64,000 bases of DNA from Candidatus Hydrogenedentales bacterium (GCA_041859045.1 JBHELB010000030.1:41136-105135); one strand, 5' to 3'; positions 20,427-30,636 are shown, counted from the first letter of the stretch. The notes: generated by a model not told the origin, from the sequence alone. Program-made: numbers and translations.

Positions 20427-21275
20427 GTGGTTGATCCATTTTCCGCCGAATTCTACTCGCAGCACAGCGAATTGAGCGATCCAGGGCCTTACGCGGCGCA
20501 TTTCGAGGATTTGCCTGATGCCCTCGGGCCGCTGTGCGAGGCGCTTCATGGCCTGCTCGTGCATGTATTCCATGCGCCAAAATATGGGTTTCAGGTGCCG
20601 CAAGAGCGCGTGCCGGAGATTCAGCTGTTGGGCGTACAGCATATTCTCGAGACTCTGCTGCGTCATGACGATCAGCCATTGACCGCGCCGAGGCCGCCGG
20701 AACGGCGACTCATCGCGAGTTGCCGCCACTACTCTCTGCTTCTCGTGTCGGTGCTGCGCAGCCGAGGGATTCCCGCGCGTATTCGTTGCGGTTTCGAGAC
20801 GTACATCCACCGCAATCGCAACGGGGATCATTGGGTGTGCGAGATGTACGATGCGGGGCTCGGTCGGTGGCGGTTTGTGGACGCGGAACTCGACACTCTG
20901 CATCGCGAGGCATTCCGCATTTCGTTCGACCCGGTGGACCTAGGGCCGGAGCAGTTCATCCCCGCCGGAGCGGCGTGGCAGCGTTGTCGCCGCGGCACGT
21001 TGGATCCCCAGCGCTGCGGCCTGCTGAACGTCTGGGGCTGGTCCTACGTGCGCGCAAACGTCGTGCGCGACGTGCTGTGCCTGAACAAGGTTGAGCTCTT
21101 CCCGTGGGACGGCACGCCGCTTACCGCACTCACGGAGCTATCCCCTGAACAGGAGGCATTGGTCGAACACCTCGCGGAGTTGACCTACCCCGCTGTTCAG
21201 ACAGAAGCTGTTCAGGCCGTATACCGCACGCATCCCGAGTTGCACCCGCTGCCGCTTGTGCCGTTCGGCGAATAA
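20427..21275 (+). CDS. Transglutaminase-like cysteine peptidase domain protein
   Basis: Cys/His/Asp core: CRHYSLLLVSVLRSRGIPARIRCGF...GDHWVCEMYD...FVDAE. Confidence 0.6.
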   Translation: MVDPFSAEFYSQHSELSDPGPYAAHFEDLPDALGPLCEALHGLLVHVFHAPKYGFQVPQERVPEIQLLGVQHILETLLRHDDQPLTAPRPPERRLIASCRHYSLLLVSVLRSRGIPARIRCGFETYIHRNRNGDHWVCEMYDAGLGRWRFVDAELDTLHREAFRISFDPVDLGPEQFIPAGAAWQRCRRGTLDPQRCGLLNVWGWSYVRANVVRDVLCLNKVELFPWDGTPLTALTELSPEQEALVEHLAELTYPAVQTEAVQAVYRTHPELHPLPLVPFGE

Positions 21276-21290
21276 ACGACGCGCTACACG

Positions 21291-22694
21291 TTAATCCGTC
21301 TCGATCACCACGACCGTGTCGATAGCGTCGGGAAGGGGAGAGGGGACGGTAAGCACCAACCCTTCCGCACCCGCCTCGACGGATACCGCGTCGCCGCCGT
21401 TCAGCAGAGTGCAACGTTTTGGGCACACTTTTTGGGTCTCGGGGAGGGTCAGCTTCTGCCCGGCTTCCGCATTGAGCAGATGAACGTAATGGCGCGACCC
21501 TTTCGAAGTCATGACGCCCCACGGCTGTGGTGGCATGGGGCCGCCGCGGGTCTCGTAAATCGCTTCGCCGTACGCGTCCATGAGTTTGCCGATCTGTTCG
21601 AGCCGCTCCACGAAGTCTTCCTGAATCGAGCCGTCAGGGCGCGGACCGATGTTGAGCAGGAAATTCGCGTTATGGCCCGCGGCGCGCACGAGTTCATCGA
21701 ACAGCGTCTCGACGCTCTTCGGCTCTGTTTCTCCGGAGTGGTAGCCCCACGAAACGCCGATAGTGTCGCAGGTTTCCAGCGGCAACGCGCCGATGACGGC
21801 GTCCGCGCTGAATCCAGTCGTGTTGCCACCCGGCAAGTCTTTCTCAAACATCTGGAAGTCTTCACCGGGATACGGCGCGACGTGGTGGTTGTCGCCAATG
21901 AGCGCATGGGGCTGAAGGCGGTGGATTAGAGAATAGGTCTGCTCCAAGCGCCAATCACTCTGCGTTTTGTGCGGGTCGGCGTTTTTTTGGCCCATGTTCT
22001 TGTACTGTTGGTCCCACCAGCCGTCGAACCAAATACCCGCGATATGGCCGTAATCCCCGCCGAGCAGTTCGGCAAGTTGCGCGTCCATATAGTCGAGATA
22101 CTTCGAGAAGTCGCCTTGCGGCGCACGGCCGGTGTGGTGGCCCGTGGCGCCCCAGGGGTAGTACTCGGGGTGATGCCAATCGAGGTGGCTGTGGTAAAAG
22201 AACAGCGGCATGTCCTGGCGTTTGCAGGCATCGGTCAACATCTTGAGCACGTCTTTGCCGTAGGGCGTCTTGCGCACGATGTTGTAGTCGCTTACTTTCG
22301 AGTCCCACATCGCGAACCCGTCGTGGTGCTTGCTGGTGATCGTGATGTAGCGCATCCCCGCGCGTTTGGCCAAGGCCACCCACGCGTCCGGATCGTACTT
22401 GACGGGGTTGAACTGCGCGGGAAGTTTCTCGTATTCAGCGACGGGAATCTTCTCAACTTCCATGACCCATTCGCCGCGGCCGATCACCGAGTACACGCCC
22501 CAATGGATGAATAGACCGAACTTGGCATCCTGAAACCACTGCCGGGCACGGAGATTGGATTCGCTGGGGATATATTCTTTCATGACGCACGCTTTCCCTT
22601 GGTTAGAGTCGTTACGATATTTCGATTGGGTTGGAGTACAGGAGACCGCGCCGGCGCAGAGCAGCAAGACTATCCAGCGCGCCGCCTTTCGCAT
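21291..22694 (-). CDS. Alpha-L-fucosidase, GH29, secreted
   Basis: Signal peptide; GH29 motifs KFGLFIHWGVYSV and YITITSKHHDGFAMWDS. Confidence 0.8.
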   Translation of the reverse strand: MRKAARWIVLLLCAGAVSCTPTQSKYRNDSNQGKACVMKEYIPSESNLRARQWFQDAKFGLFIHWGVYSVIGRGEWVMEVEKIPVAEYEKLPAQFNPVKYDPDAWVALAKRAGMRYITITSKHHDGFAMWDSKVSDYNIVRKTPYGKDVLKMLTDACKRQDMPLFFYHSHLDWHHPEYYPWGATGHHTGRAPQGDFSKYLDYMDAQLAELLGGDYGHIAGIWFDGWWDQQYKNMGQKNADPHKTQSDWRLEQTYSLIHRLQPHALIGDNHHVAPYPGEDFQMFEKDLPGGNTTGFSADAVIGALPLETCDTIGVSWGYHSGETEPKSVETLFDELVRAAGHNANFLLNIGPRPDGSIQEDFVERLEQIGKLMDAYGEAIYETRGGPMPPQPWGVMTSKGSRHYVHLLNAEAGQKLTLPETQKVCPKRCTLLNGGDAVSVEAGAEGLVLTVPSPLPDAIDTVVVIETD

Positions 22695-22696
22695 CG

Positions 22697-23620
22697 CTAT
22701 TCCTTTTCAGGAAGGATCAGCCGCCGTAGTTTACCGAGAAACCCCGGTTTGCCCTTTGCCAACGCTACGCGCACCGCCCCTGGGTCCAGGGGAATGTGCG
22801 GCGGGTTGCCCGACACCCGCACCAATACCACGGTAATATTATCCGAACCGCCGTGATCCAGCGCTTTGCCCACCAGCATGCGGGCGGCGCCCTGCAAACT
22901 CGGCAGCGCGAGACACTCGGCAATTTGCACGTCATCGACTTGGTTTGACAGGCCGTCGGAGCAGATAAGCAAGGTGTCGCCACGTCGAATGGCTACCGAG
23001 AACAGATCGGGTCGAACCGAGCCCTTGGTGCCGACGGCGCGCGTAATGAGATTTTTGAGCGAGTGGGTACGGGCTTCCTCTTCGGATAGATAGCCGTTGC
23101 GGACCTGCTCGGCGACTAGGGAGTGGTCGTCGGTGATCTGCCAGATCTGGCCCTCGTTGCGGGAGAGATAGACTCGGCTGTCGCCCACCTGCGCCACGTA
23201 GGCGTGATCGCCCAGGATCAGCGCCGCGGAAACGGTCGTTCCCATGCCGGTGAACTCGGGGTGGTTTTCCGCCTCGTCGAAAACGCGCCGGTTGGCGATA
23301 TCGACCGCAGCGCGCAGACGCCGAACGGGGCCAGCGGCGTTGTCTTGGTAATACTGAGCGAACAGGGCATCGAGTGCGAGTTTGCTGGCGAATCCCCCGC
23401 CGCTCACGCCGCCCATACCGTCGGCCACGGCAAACAAGAAGCCGAATTCGTGGGATTGCTCGGCCGTTTCCGGCGCATACAAAGCCGCACGGTCCTCATT
23501 GTATGTCCGTTTTTTGCCGATATCGGAGAGGATGTACCCCTGAAGGTACGCCCCTTCCCATGCATACTCGACATTGCCGCCGTCGTCCGGGCCGCTCAAT
23601 GTCGCCGAAAATTGAGTCAT
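22697..23620 (-). CDS. PP2C-family Ser/Thr protein phosphatase
   Basis: RTYNEDRAAL; FAVADGMGGVSGG; GSDNITVVLVRV. Confidence 0.85.
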   Translation of the reverse strand: MTQFSATLSGPDDGGNVEYAWEGAYLQGYILSDIGKKRTYNEDRAALYAPETAEQSHEFGFLFAVADGMGGVSGGGFASKLALDALFAQYYQDNAAGPVRRLRAAVDIANRRVFDEAENHPEFTGMGTTVSAALILGDHAYVAQVGDSRVYLSRNEGQIWQITDDHSLVAEQVRNGYLSEEEARTHSLKNLITRAVGTKGSVRPDLFSVAIRRGDTLLICSDGLSNQVDDVQIAECLALPSLQGAARMLVGKALDHGGSDNITVVLVRVSGNPPHIPLDPGAVRVALAKGKPGFLGKLRRLILPEKE

Positions 23621-23806
23621 TGACTTCGTAATCCCCGCAGTCCCCCCTCGGGGGATTCACTATCCCGGGCTGGTAGACCAACCCCAAGAGCGGCGTGCAT
23701 TCTAGACGGGCAGCGGCGCGGTTTCAACTTAGGTTGAGCTAGCAAAGCTAGTACCCCAATGTCCGGCATCGTGTGCACCGCCGCGAATCGTGTGCGTGCT
23801 GTTTGC

Positions 23807-24772
23807 CTACAGCCAACGTTCAAGCCACTCGTCGGCCTTTTCCATGACACTCGCGGGCATGGCGTGGCCGTTCGCGTGAATCGCGCATTGGAGCGCGTCC
23901 TCAGCGCCAAGGAGTTTGTAGACATGCCGCGCCGCCTTAACCGCTTTCTCGCTGCTCTTGGCGTTGGGCACTTCGGGATCGTTCGAAGCCGCCAGCACCA
24001 GCGTGGGGCTCGGGGCGGCCAAGGCAAGCACGTGCTCCCAATCGAACGGGAACTTGCCTTCTTTGATAGCCTTGCGAAGCGCGGGAATGAGCGGAAACTC
24101 GTCGTCCGTTGCCCAGCGTTGCGGTTCTTTGTCGTCGGCGAAGCGGGCAAAACCGCAACTCGCGACGCAGGTCGTGACGCGCTCGTCGAACGCAGCCAGC
24201 AACAGCGCGTTGACGGCGCCCAGACCGTGGCCGATGACGCCAATGCGGGCCGCATCAACGCGGCGCATGTCGCACAGGACATCCACCGCGCACATGTGGT
24301 CGGCCAGCATCTTGCCCAGCAGCGAGCCCTTGGGATTGTCTTTGTAAAACGCGGTTGCGTTGCAGGCTTTTGTTCCGTGGCTGACGCGCTCGCCCATGCA
24401 CACGCAGTCGGGCACCATGGTGACGTAGCCCAGTTCGGCGTACCGTGCCGCGAACGCGAGTTTTGCGTCGCCATCCAGGCCGGCGGGCTCATCTTTGCCG
24501 TACGGCGCGCGCTGATGGCAGCACACAATGGCGGGCAACTCTTCTTTGCCGTCAGGAACAAACACCCACGCGGAGATTCGTTCCCATTCGTCGACAAAGT
24601 AATTGATGCGGCGGCGCACATACCCATGCCGCTGCACCTCGTCGGCCGTCTTCACCTGGATATCGACACGCTCGCGCGGCAAGGCACCCAAGACCCCGAG
24701 AACGGCCTTCTCGATCTCGCCTCGCGTCGTTGGCCAATCGGCCAGACTCTTTAGCTTCGACAAATCGGTCAT
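23807..24772 (-). CDS. Alpha/beta-hydrolase fold protein (dienelactone-hydrolase/esterase-like) with atypical GHGLG nucleophile elbow
   Basis: Fold-level resemblance; IGVIGHGLGAVNALLLA sits where GxSxG is expected. Confidence 0.5.
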   Translation of the reverse strand: MTDLSKLKSLADWPTTRGEIEKAVLGVLGALPRERVDIQVKTADEVQRHGYVRRRINYFVDEWERISAWVFVPDGKEELPAIVCCHQRAPYGKDEPAGLDGDAKLAFAARYAELGYVTMVPDCVCMGERVSHGTKACNATAFYKDNPKGSLLGKMLADHMCAVDVLCDMRRVDAARIGVIGHGLGAVNALLLAAFDERVTTCVASCGFARFADDKEPQRWATDDEFPLIPALRKAIKEGKFPFDWEHVLALAAPSPTLVLAASNDPEVPNAKSSEKAVKAARHVYKLLGAEDALQCAIHANGHAMPASVMEKADEWLERWL

Positions 24773-24924
24773 TGCGCACCCGCCCCTCTTCCATTCGCCT
24801 GCGCACTACGCCCGGACACGCCCCCTCCCAAGTGGCCTAGTCATATTAGCGTGGGGTTCGCGCAAGGGTCAACTTCCAGCGCGCTTTTTTTTGTCCCCGT
24901 CCCGCATCCATTTTCAGGGCGGCA

Positions 24925-24954
24925 TTGACGAAAAGCGCCGTCAAGACGTATGCT
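24925..24954 (+). promoter_or_regulatory. Candidate sigma70 promoter with an overlapping inverted repeat upstream of the HD-GYP gene
   Basis: TTGACG-17/18 nt-(G)TATGCT. The -35 is half of the palindrome TTGACG-8 nt-CGTCAA. Confidence 0.3.
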
Positions 24955-24976
24955 GGGAAAGCGTAACGGCCCGTGA

Positions 24977-26299
24977 GTGTTTGCCGAATCGAGGGGACTG
25001 AATCAGGGGGAGCCAACTCGCATGTCCAATTCACCCGACACGATCCGTATCCCTCTGGATGAGTTGATGGCCTGTCTTTCCGAAACGCTGGATATGGCGA
25101 GCCCGGAACTCGTGAATCACCATGTCCAGGTCGCTTATATCAGCCATTGCGTGGGAGTGGAGGTCGGGCTCGAAAAAAGCCAACTGCAACAGCTCGTGAT
25201 GGCGGCGTATCTCCACGATATCGGCGCATTTTCCCTTCAGACCCGGCAGAGTCTCCTGGCTTTTGAAGACACGGACGCACATCACCACGCGAGGGTCGGT
25301 TACCAATTGCTGACGACATTCCCGCCGTTTGAGCGCGCGGCGCGCCTCATTCGCTTCCACCATGTGCCGTGGGCCGGGGGAGAGGGCGTCTACTGGGAAG
25401 GCGATTCGGTGCCGCTCGACAGTCACATCCTGCACCTGGCCGATCGCGCGGCGGTGCTGTTGCGTCCACATACCCCGGCCCTGCACCAGGCTTCCATGGT
25501 GTGCGAGCGCATCTCCGAACAGTCGGGAACGATGTTCATGCCCGATCTGGTCAACGCGTTCTTGCGCGCGTCGGCCTCGGAAGTTTTCTGGTTTGACCTG
25601 ATCTCGAGCGGGTTGCCGGGGCTCATGCGCCGGCGTGTGCATCTGCCGACTCTGGACCTTGGCATGGATGGATTGCTTCTGCTCGCCGATCTTTTCCGGC
25701 GCATCATCGATTTTCGGAGCCCGTTCACGGCCACGCACTGCAGCGGTGTGGCTGCGAGCGCGGGGGTATTGGCGCGGTATGCGGCGTTTTCCGAGCGCGA
25801 CCGCGCGCTCATGCTGGCCGCCGCCTATCTGCACGATCTGGGCAAACTCGCCGTGCCGACCGAAATCATCGAGAAACCCGGTCGGCTCTCGCCGGAGGAA
25901 TTCGAGATCATGCAATCGCACGTCTACCACACGTTTCGGGTGCTTGAGCCCATTGCCGGACTGGAAGAAGTGCGGCGCTGGGGTAGCTATCACCAGGAAC
26001 GCCTCGATGGCTCGGGATATCCCTTCCGGCTCAAGGGGGACTCACTGCCTGCGGGGGCGCGCCTTCTAGCCGTAGCGGATATTTTCACCGCACTGACGGA
26101 AAACCGTCCCTACCGGGAAGGAATGCCTGCAAAGGAAGCCGTAAACGCCCTGCAACGCATGGCGAAGGCCGGCCAGGTCGATCGAGAATATGTCGCGCTC
26201 GTGGTGGAGCACTTCGAGGAGTTGGACCACGCCCGTCAAGACGCGCAAGACGCGTCAACGCGAGAGTATACGTCGTTTCAGGAGTTGGTGGGGAACTGA
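24977..26299 (+). CDS. HD-GYP domain protein (tandem HD domains; putative c-di-GMP phosphodiesterase)
   Basis: Two HD motifs (AAYLHDIG; AAYLHDLGK) and HQERLDGSGYP. An alternative start is M at 25022. Confidence 0.75.
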   Translation: MFAESRGLNQGEPTRMSNSPDTIRIPLDELMACLSETLDMASPELVNHHVQVAYISHCVGVEVGLEKSQLQQLVMAAYLHDIGAFSLQTRQSLLAFEDTDAHHHARVGYQLLTTFPPFERAARLIRFHHVPWAGGEGVYWEGDSVPLDSHILHLADRAAVLLRPHTPALHQASMVCERISEQSGTMFMPDLVNAFLRASASEVFWFDLISSGLPGLMRRRVHLPTLDLGMDGLLLLADLFRRIIDFRSPFTATHCSGVAASAGVLARYAAFSERDRALMLAAAYLHDLGKLAVPTEIIEKPGRLSPEEFEIMQSHVYHTFRVLEPIAGLEEVRRWGSYHQERLDGSGYPFRLKGDSLPAGARLLAVADIFTALTENRPYREGMPAKEAVNALQRMAKAGQVDREYVALVVEHFEELDHARQDAQDASTREYTSFQELVGN

Positions 26300-26305
26300 C
26301 TCTGA

Positions 26306-26713
26306 CTACTTGAGCAATCCGTTCGAGTACAACAAAAAGAACACAAGCCCCGCGATGGCCAGGGCGAGAATGAGGCCCTTCATCAGTCCTCGGCCCGGCG
26401 TATATCCGGCGTAGTCGTCTTCCTCTTCCCCATCGGCCTCATCTTCGGCGTGTTCGTCCGATTCCTGCGCCAAGGCCGCCCGCTCCTCGTCCGTCATCTC
26501 GTGCCAAGACTGTTCAATAATCTGCTGGGCGTCGTGGACGCAGTCCTCGGGCACCTGAAGCTCAATGGCCAAGGGGGACGCCATGGGCAGCGAGGAGGTG
26601 TAGTACTCGTTCTGCAGGAAGACGGGGATGTCCTCAGACTCGAGCAAGGCTCGATAGAAGTGCGCCTCGGTCGGGTCCTTAAACGACATCAAGGTCACTA
26701 GTTTGTGCGCCAT
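26306..26713 (-). CDS. DUF2007-like small protein with a C-terminal TM helix
   Basis: Weak family-level resemblance only (N-terminal MAHKLVTLMSFKDPTEAHFYRALLESEDIPVF...); acidic linker; hydrophobic C-terminus. Confidence 0.4.
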   Translation of the reverse strand: MAHKLVTLMSFKDPTEAHFYRALLESEDIPVFLQNEYYTSSLPMASPLAIELQVPEDCVHDAQQIIEQSWHEMTDEERAALAQESDEHAEDEADGEEEDDYAGYTPGRGLMKGLILALAIAGLVFFLLYSNGLLK

Positions 26714-26790
26714 GTCGATATCCTTGTGCTGAGAAACGCGATGGGACCGGCCGCAAGACCGGTCCCATCGGAATCCGCTAATCGCGCCGC

Positions 26791-28008
26791 CTATTCGCCG
26801 CCGCTCACGCCGGCTTCGTTCAGCTTGGCGATCATGTCCACCATCGGCACAAAGAGCGCCAACGCAAGCATAATCACCACGACGCCGATGATAATCGTCA
26901 CCAACGGCTGAAGGGCTTCGCCCAGTGCGCCGACGGCGATGTTCACTTCTTCTTCGTGCGTGTCGGCCAACTGCTCGGCGATGTCGTCGAGCGAGCCGGA
27001 CTCTTCGCCGGTCACCAACATGTCCGTGACGAGCGGCGGCACAACGTCCGAGGCGTCACGCAGAGGCGCTTCCATACCGAGACCCTGCTCGACGCTGTTG
27101 CGCACGTTCTGCACGGTATGCGCCATGGCCTGGTTGTGCACGGCGCTGCGCACGAGGTCGAGCGTGACCATCATGGACAACCCGCTGCGCAGCAGCAGCG
27201 ACAAGGAACGGGTGAACTCGGCCACGGCGTAGTTGCGCAGGATCGGGCCGATGACCGGGATGCGCAGTTTCCAGCGGTCGACACGCAAACGCGCCAACGG
27301 ACCGCGCACCCAAATCTTGTAGACAACCAGTAGCGCGATGAGGAGCGCAATCATCAACCACCACCAGGAGCCGATGAAGTTGGTCGTGGCGATGAACATC
27401 TGGCTGTAGCGCGGCAAGGTGACGTCGAGCTTGTTGAACAGTTGTTCGAACTGCGGCACCACCACCTTGGCGATCAGCAGGATCACGCCGAAGCAGGCCA
27501 GCAAGAGCACGACGGGGTAGATCATCGCCGCCTGCACGCGTTTGCGGAGCAGGTCGCGATGTTCGCGGTAGGAGACCAGGCGCTTCAGTACCGTGACCAA
27601 CGTACCGCTGGCCTCACTGGCTTTCACCAAGTTGACAAAAACGGGGCTGAAATACCGGGGATGGCGCTCGAACGCCTGCCACAACGGGTTGCCCGCTTCC
27701 ACAAACTGGGTGATGTCGCTCACCAACCCGCGCACACTGGCGCGATGACTTCGCGCAGCGATGGCGTGCAGCGATTTCAGGATAGGCGTGCCCGCTTCGA
27801 GCATCATGATCAGTTGGCGTAAGAACGCGGTGACTTCACGCCCGCGTGCGGCGCCTACCCCCATGAAACTGCTTGCCGGCCGCGCGGACATGGACGGCGA
27901 CGCCGCCGAGACATCCTCGGCGCCACCGAGGGTCTGCACGGTGCTCTTCTTGCTGGTCCGCCGGACCCGCTTGATCCGCTCACTCGGCTCGTCGGCGTTG
28001 CTGGCCAT
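26791..28008 (-). CDS. GspF/PilC-family inner-membrane platform protein (paralog 1 of 3)
   Basis: Two T2SS-F repeats (...LLRSGLSMMVTLDLV..., ...LVTGEESGSLDDIAEQLA...); three TM segments. Confidence 0.8.
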   Translation of the reverse strand: MASNADEPSERIKRVRRTSKKSTVQTLGGAEDVSAASPSMSARPASSFMGVGAARGREVTAFLRQLIMMLEAGTPILKSLHAIAARSHRASVRGLVSDITQFVEAGNPLWQAFERHPRYFSPVFVNLVKASEASGTLVTVLKRLVSYREHRDLLRKRVQAAMIYPVVLLLACFGVILLIAKVVVPQFEQLFNKLDVTLPRYSQMFIATTNFIGSWWWLMIALLIALLVVYKIWVRGPLARLRVDRWKLRIPVIGPILRNYAVAEFTRSLSLLLRSGLSMMVTLDLVRSAVHNQAMAHTVQNVRNSVEQGLGMEAPLRDASDVVPPLVTDMLVTGEESGSLDDIAEQLADTHEEEVNIAVGALGEALQPLVTIIIGVVVIMLALALFVPMVDMIAKLNEAGVSGGE

Positions 28009-28061
28009 AATCCTCGTTCCTCCCTTTGCTTGGCCCGGGCGCTCTTGCGCGAAACCGGCGG

Positions 28062-29057
28062 TTACGAGTTCGACGCCGGGGGCTCTCCCTCAAACCAATA
28101 GCGTACGTCATAGGTCCCATTGTCGCGAAACAAGACCACCGCCTCGAGACGGTCCTGCGGACCGGCATTGGGACGCGTCTTGTCTTGCACAACGGCCTCG
28201 ACCACAATCCGGAAACATGTCGACTTCAACGCCAACGCCGGGGGCAGCGCGTCGGGGGTTGTGGGATCGGGCGCGACGTTGAATGACGCCGGCTGAACCC
28301 CCGTAGCCACCACCAGATCGTTGAGTGATGTAAACGGACGTTTTTCCGCCGCGGCGCGCGCCGCATCGAGCGGGATATTCAACACCGCCGCCAGCACGTC
28401 CGGCGCGGCGCTGTTGATGTTAATGAAGCGCACTGGGTTCGCAGGATCCTCGACCGTATAAACGGTCACAAAATCCCGATTGATCTTCTTGAGCACATCC
28501 AGACTGACCAACTTGCGCGAAGCAAGGTCGTCCAGGCTCGTCAGCCACCGTCCAGCGGGATTGGCGGGCTCCCCGGGCAGCGCGGGCAGGCTCGCGCGAA
28601 TTGCGCGCGCCGTATTTCCATCCACGCCCAGCAGCGCTTCAAGCACTCGAGTCGGCGCGTGATTAAGGTTCACCTTCGCAGATTCGTCCACAATGCGCAC
28701 CGTGACGTTCGAGGCGTAGCGCTCGCTCACGCTCACGCCTTGCGGGACGGTTCTGTCGGTGCCGTACACGGGCAGCGTCAACGCCAAACTCGCGGGAACC
28801 GGCGTCTGGCCTTGTGCATCGGCAACGGCCTTCTGGATTGTGCCCACCGCCGCCTCGAATCCGCCCAATGCGGCCATCCGCGCCTGGGTTTGACCAAGGA
28901 CGACTTCGGCGCGGTCGCGATCGAGCAGCGCATAGGTGACATAGGCCGCTCCCAGCATCGACAACACCACCAACAGCCCCAGCGCGGTCAACAGCGCCGC
29001 ACCCTGGTTGCCGCGGCGTGTCCCCATTCCATGCTTCATGATCGGCCCCCTATCCAT
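28062..29057 (-). CDS. GspK-like minor pseudopilin (PilX_N-type helix, helix-hairpin-helix repeats)
   Basis: N-terminal hydrophobic helix with no Glu at +5 (GAALLTALGLLVVLSMLGAAY); SAKVNLNHAP and FININSAAPDVLAAVLNIP HhH motifs typical of GspK. Confidence 0.6.
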   Translation of the reverse strand: MDRGPIMKHGMGTRRGNQGAALLTALGLLVVLSMLGAAYVTYALLDRDRAEVVLGQTQARMAALGGFEAAVGTIQKAVADAQGQTPVPASLALTLPVYGTDRTVPQGVSVSERYASNVTVRIVDESAKVNLNHAPTRVLEALLGVDGNTARAIRASLPALPGEPANPAGRWLTSLDDLASRKLVSLDVLKKINRDFVTVYTVEDPANPVRFININSAAPDVLAAVLNIPLDAARAAAEKRPFTSLNDLVVATGVQPASFNVAPDPTTPDALPPALALKSTCFRIVVEAVVQDKTRPNAGPQDRLEAVVLFRDNGTYDVRYWFEGEPPASNS

Positions 29058-29659
29058 TCACCGGTACCCGGAACACCGCGACGCGAGTCACCGCGTCGAT
29101 CGGCCGACCGGGCAAGGATACCGTCACACTCACGCGGACCATGGCGGGCAATCGCGTCTCACGCCATTCCGGCTGCCAGTCCGACTGACCGCCCCGCGGC
29201 AAGAACTCGACGCGGAGCTGGGTCACGTCTTCCGCAATCTTCGTGGCGGGGTCCGTCGCGCCGGGACCGCTCAGCGCGCCTTGGTAACGGTTCAGTACGG
29301 GGCTGCCGCCTTTCCGTTCCACTGCGTAGCGCACCGTGCCGCTCTGCATCTGGCTAGCATCCGCCAACGGGACCTGCACCGGCACCACCAATTCGTCGTT
29401 GGCCGCGCCTTCGGCTTCGCCCCGTGCGCCGCGCAACGGAGAGCCGGACAGCGCAGGCGACAACACCGCACTCATGTCCTTGCGGATCTGGTCGAGCGCG
29501 TAGACGGCGCGCTGATCAAGTTCGGCGCGCGTCCGGACAATGCTCCAATCCGTCCACATACGGCTGAAAATGGCCATGCCTATCGTGGTTACTACGCCCG
29601 CGATGGCAATTACGACAATCAACTCGATGAGGCTGAACCCTGAACGCCGCGTTCGCATG
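29050..29659 (-). CDS. Prepilin-type pseudopilin, GspJ-like
   Basis: Start trimmed to MRTRRSGFSLIELIVVIAIAG (G|FSLIE class III signal, Glu at +5). Confidence 0.6.
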
Positions 29660-29660
29660 T

Positions 29661-30188
29661 TCACGAAAGCCCCTCCACCGCGGCCCGCGGCAGCGCCGAG
29701 GTCAATGCGACCCGGTGCGTGCGCCCTGCCCGTGTCCAGTCCACCACCACCGTCACTTCGGTATGCGCCGACGTCGCCGAGGGAACCCGCGCAAAGGCGC
29801 TCCAAGTGAATCCCTTATATACATTGTTTTCGCGCATGAACTCGGGAGAGCCCTCTTTCAACGTCGCAGGGGCGATCCCGACGGGCTGCGGCTTCTCGTC
29901 TTTGGCCTCCGGCGCAAGAACGGGGATTTCTTTACCCACCTCGCCGCCGGTTTTCCAAACGTAGTTTTTCGGCATGGCCACGATCTCGCTCAGCTTGGCC
30001 TCGGCTAAGGTTGCCGCGATGGATTCGTCGCGCGCCAGGAGTATCGCTGAATGGCTCGAAAAGAACAGTGTGATGATGATGGTTGCCGCAATTCCCACCA
30101 CGGCCAACGCGACGATCACTTCGATGAGAGTAAAGCCCGCCCGCTCGTTGCGCCGGACTCCGTGTGAGTGCACGCGTAATGAGTTCAC
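29661..30188 (-). CDS. Prepilin-type pseudopilin, GspI/GspH-like
   Basis: ...RRNERAGFTLIEVIVALAVVGIAATI (G|FTLIE). Confidence 0.6.
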   Translation of the reverse strand: MNSLRVHSHGVRRNERAGFTLIEVIVALAVVGIAATIIITLFFSSHSAILLARDESIAATLAEAKLSEIVAMPKNYVWKTGGEVGKEIPVLAPEAKDEKPQPVGIAPATLKEGSPEFMRENNVYKGFTWSAFARVPSATSAHTEVTVVVDWTRAGRTHRVALTSALPRAAVEGLS

Positions 30189-30570
30189 GCAGTCGCTCCC
30201 TTACGTTGGCCTCCGTCGAGACACTCCATCGGCCACTGTTGCATCGGCTGCCGCTGCGCCAGAGTGGCTATCCCCTCAACACCCCCCGAGAGCCCATCGA
30301 CTTGCCACGGTCCGCGGAACTGGGCTCTCTGCGTCTGGGGAATATCCCCTCCGCCTCCGGCGGGTAATCTTTTACACCACCGAACGAATCGCGTCTTTCG
30401 CGCTTTCCGCCCCATATCCTACCGGGAGTCCGGGGCGTTGTCAACTGCTTTTCCAGAAGCGTTTGCCGCTTCTTTCTGGACGGCTCTAACCCCTGACGGG
30501 GATTTCCCCAATCCCTCCCACAGATGCTTTCCCTGCTAGTGCTCAAGAAAAAGGTTCGTCGGAGGGGCAT

Positions 30571-30598
30571 TAAAGCTTTTTCGAGCGACTGCCGATAC
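30571..30598 (+). promoter_or_regulatory. Sigma28 (FliA)-type promoter of the flagellin gene
   Basis: TAAAGCTT-...-GCCGATAC (TAAA-16 nt-GCCGATAC), about 80 nt upstream of the ATG. Same spacing as the fliD promoter. Confidence 0.55.
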
Positions 30599-30636
30599 AT
30601 TTCACGGAGCCCAGAAGAATCTGGCAGCCCAGCCGA

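Noticed and set aside
25031-25993. 320-aa minus-strand ORF
   Set aside because: Antisense to the HD-GYP gene, which carries clear HD and GYP motifs.
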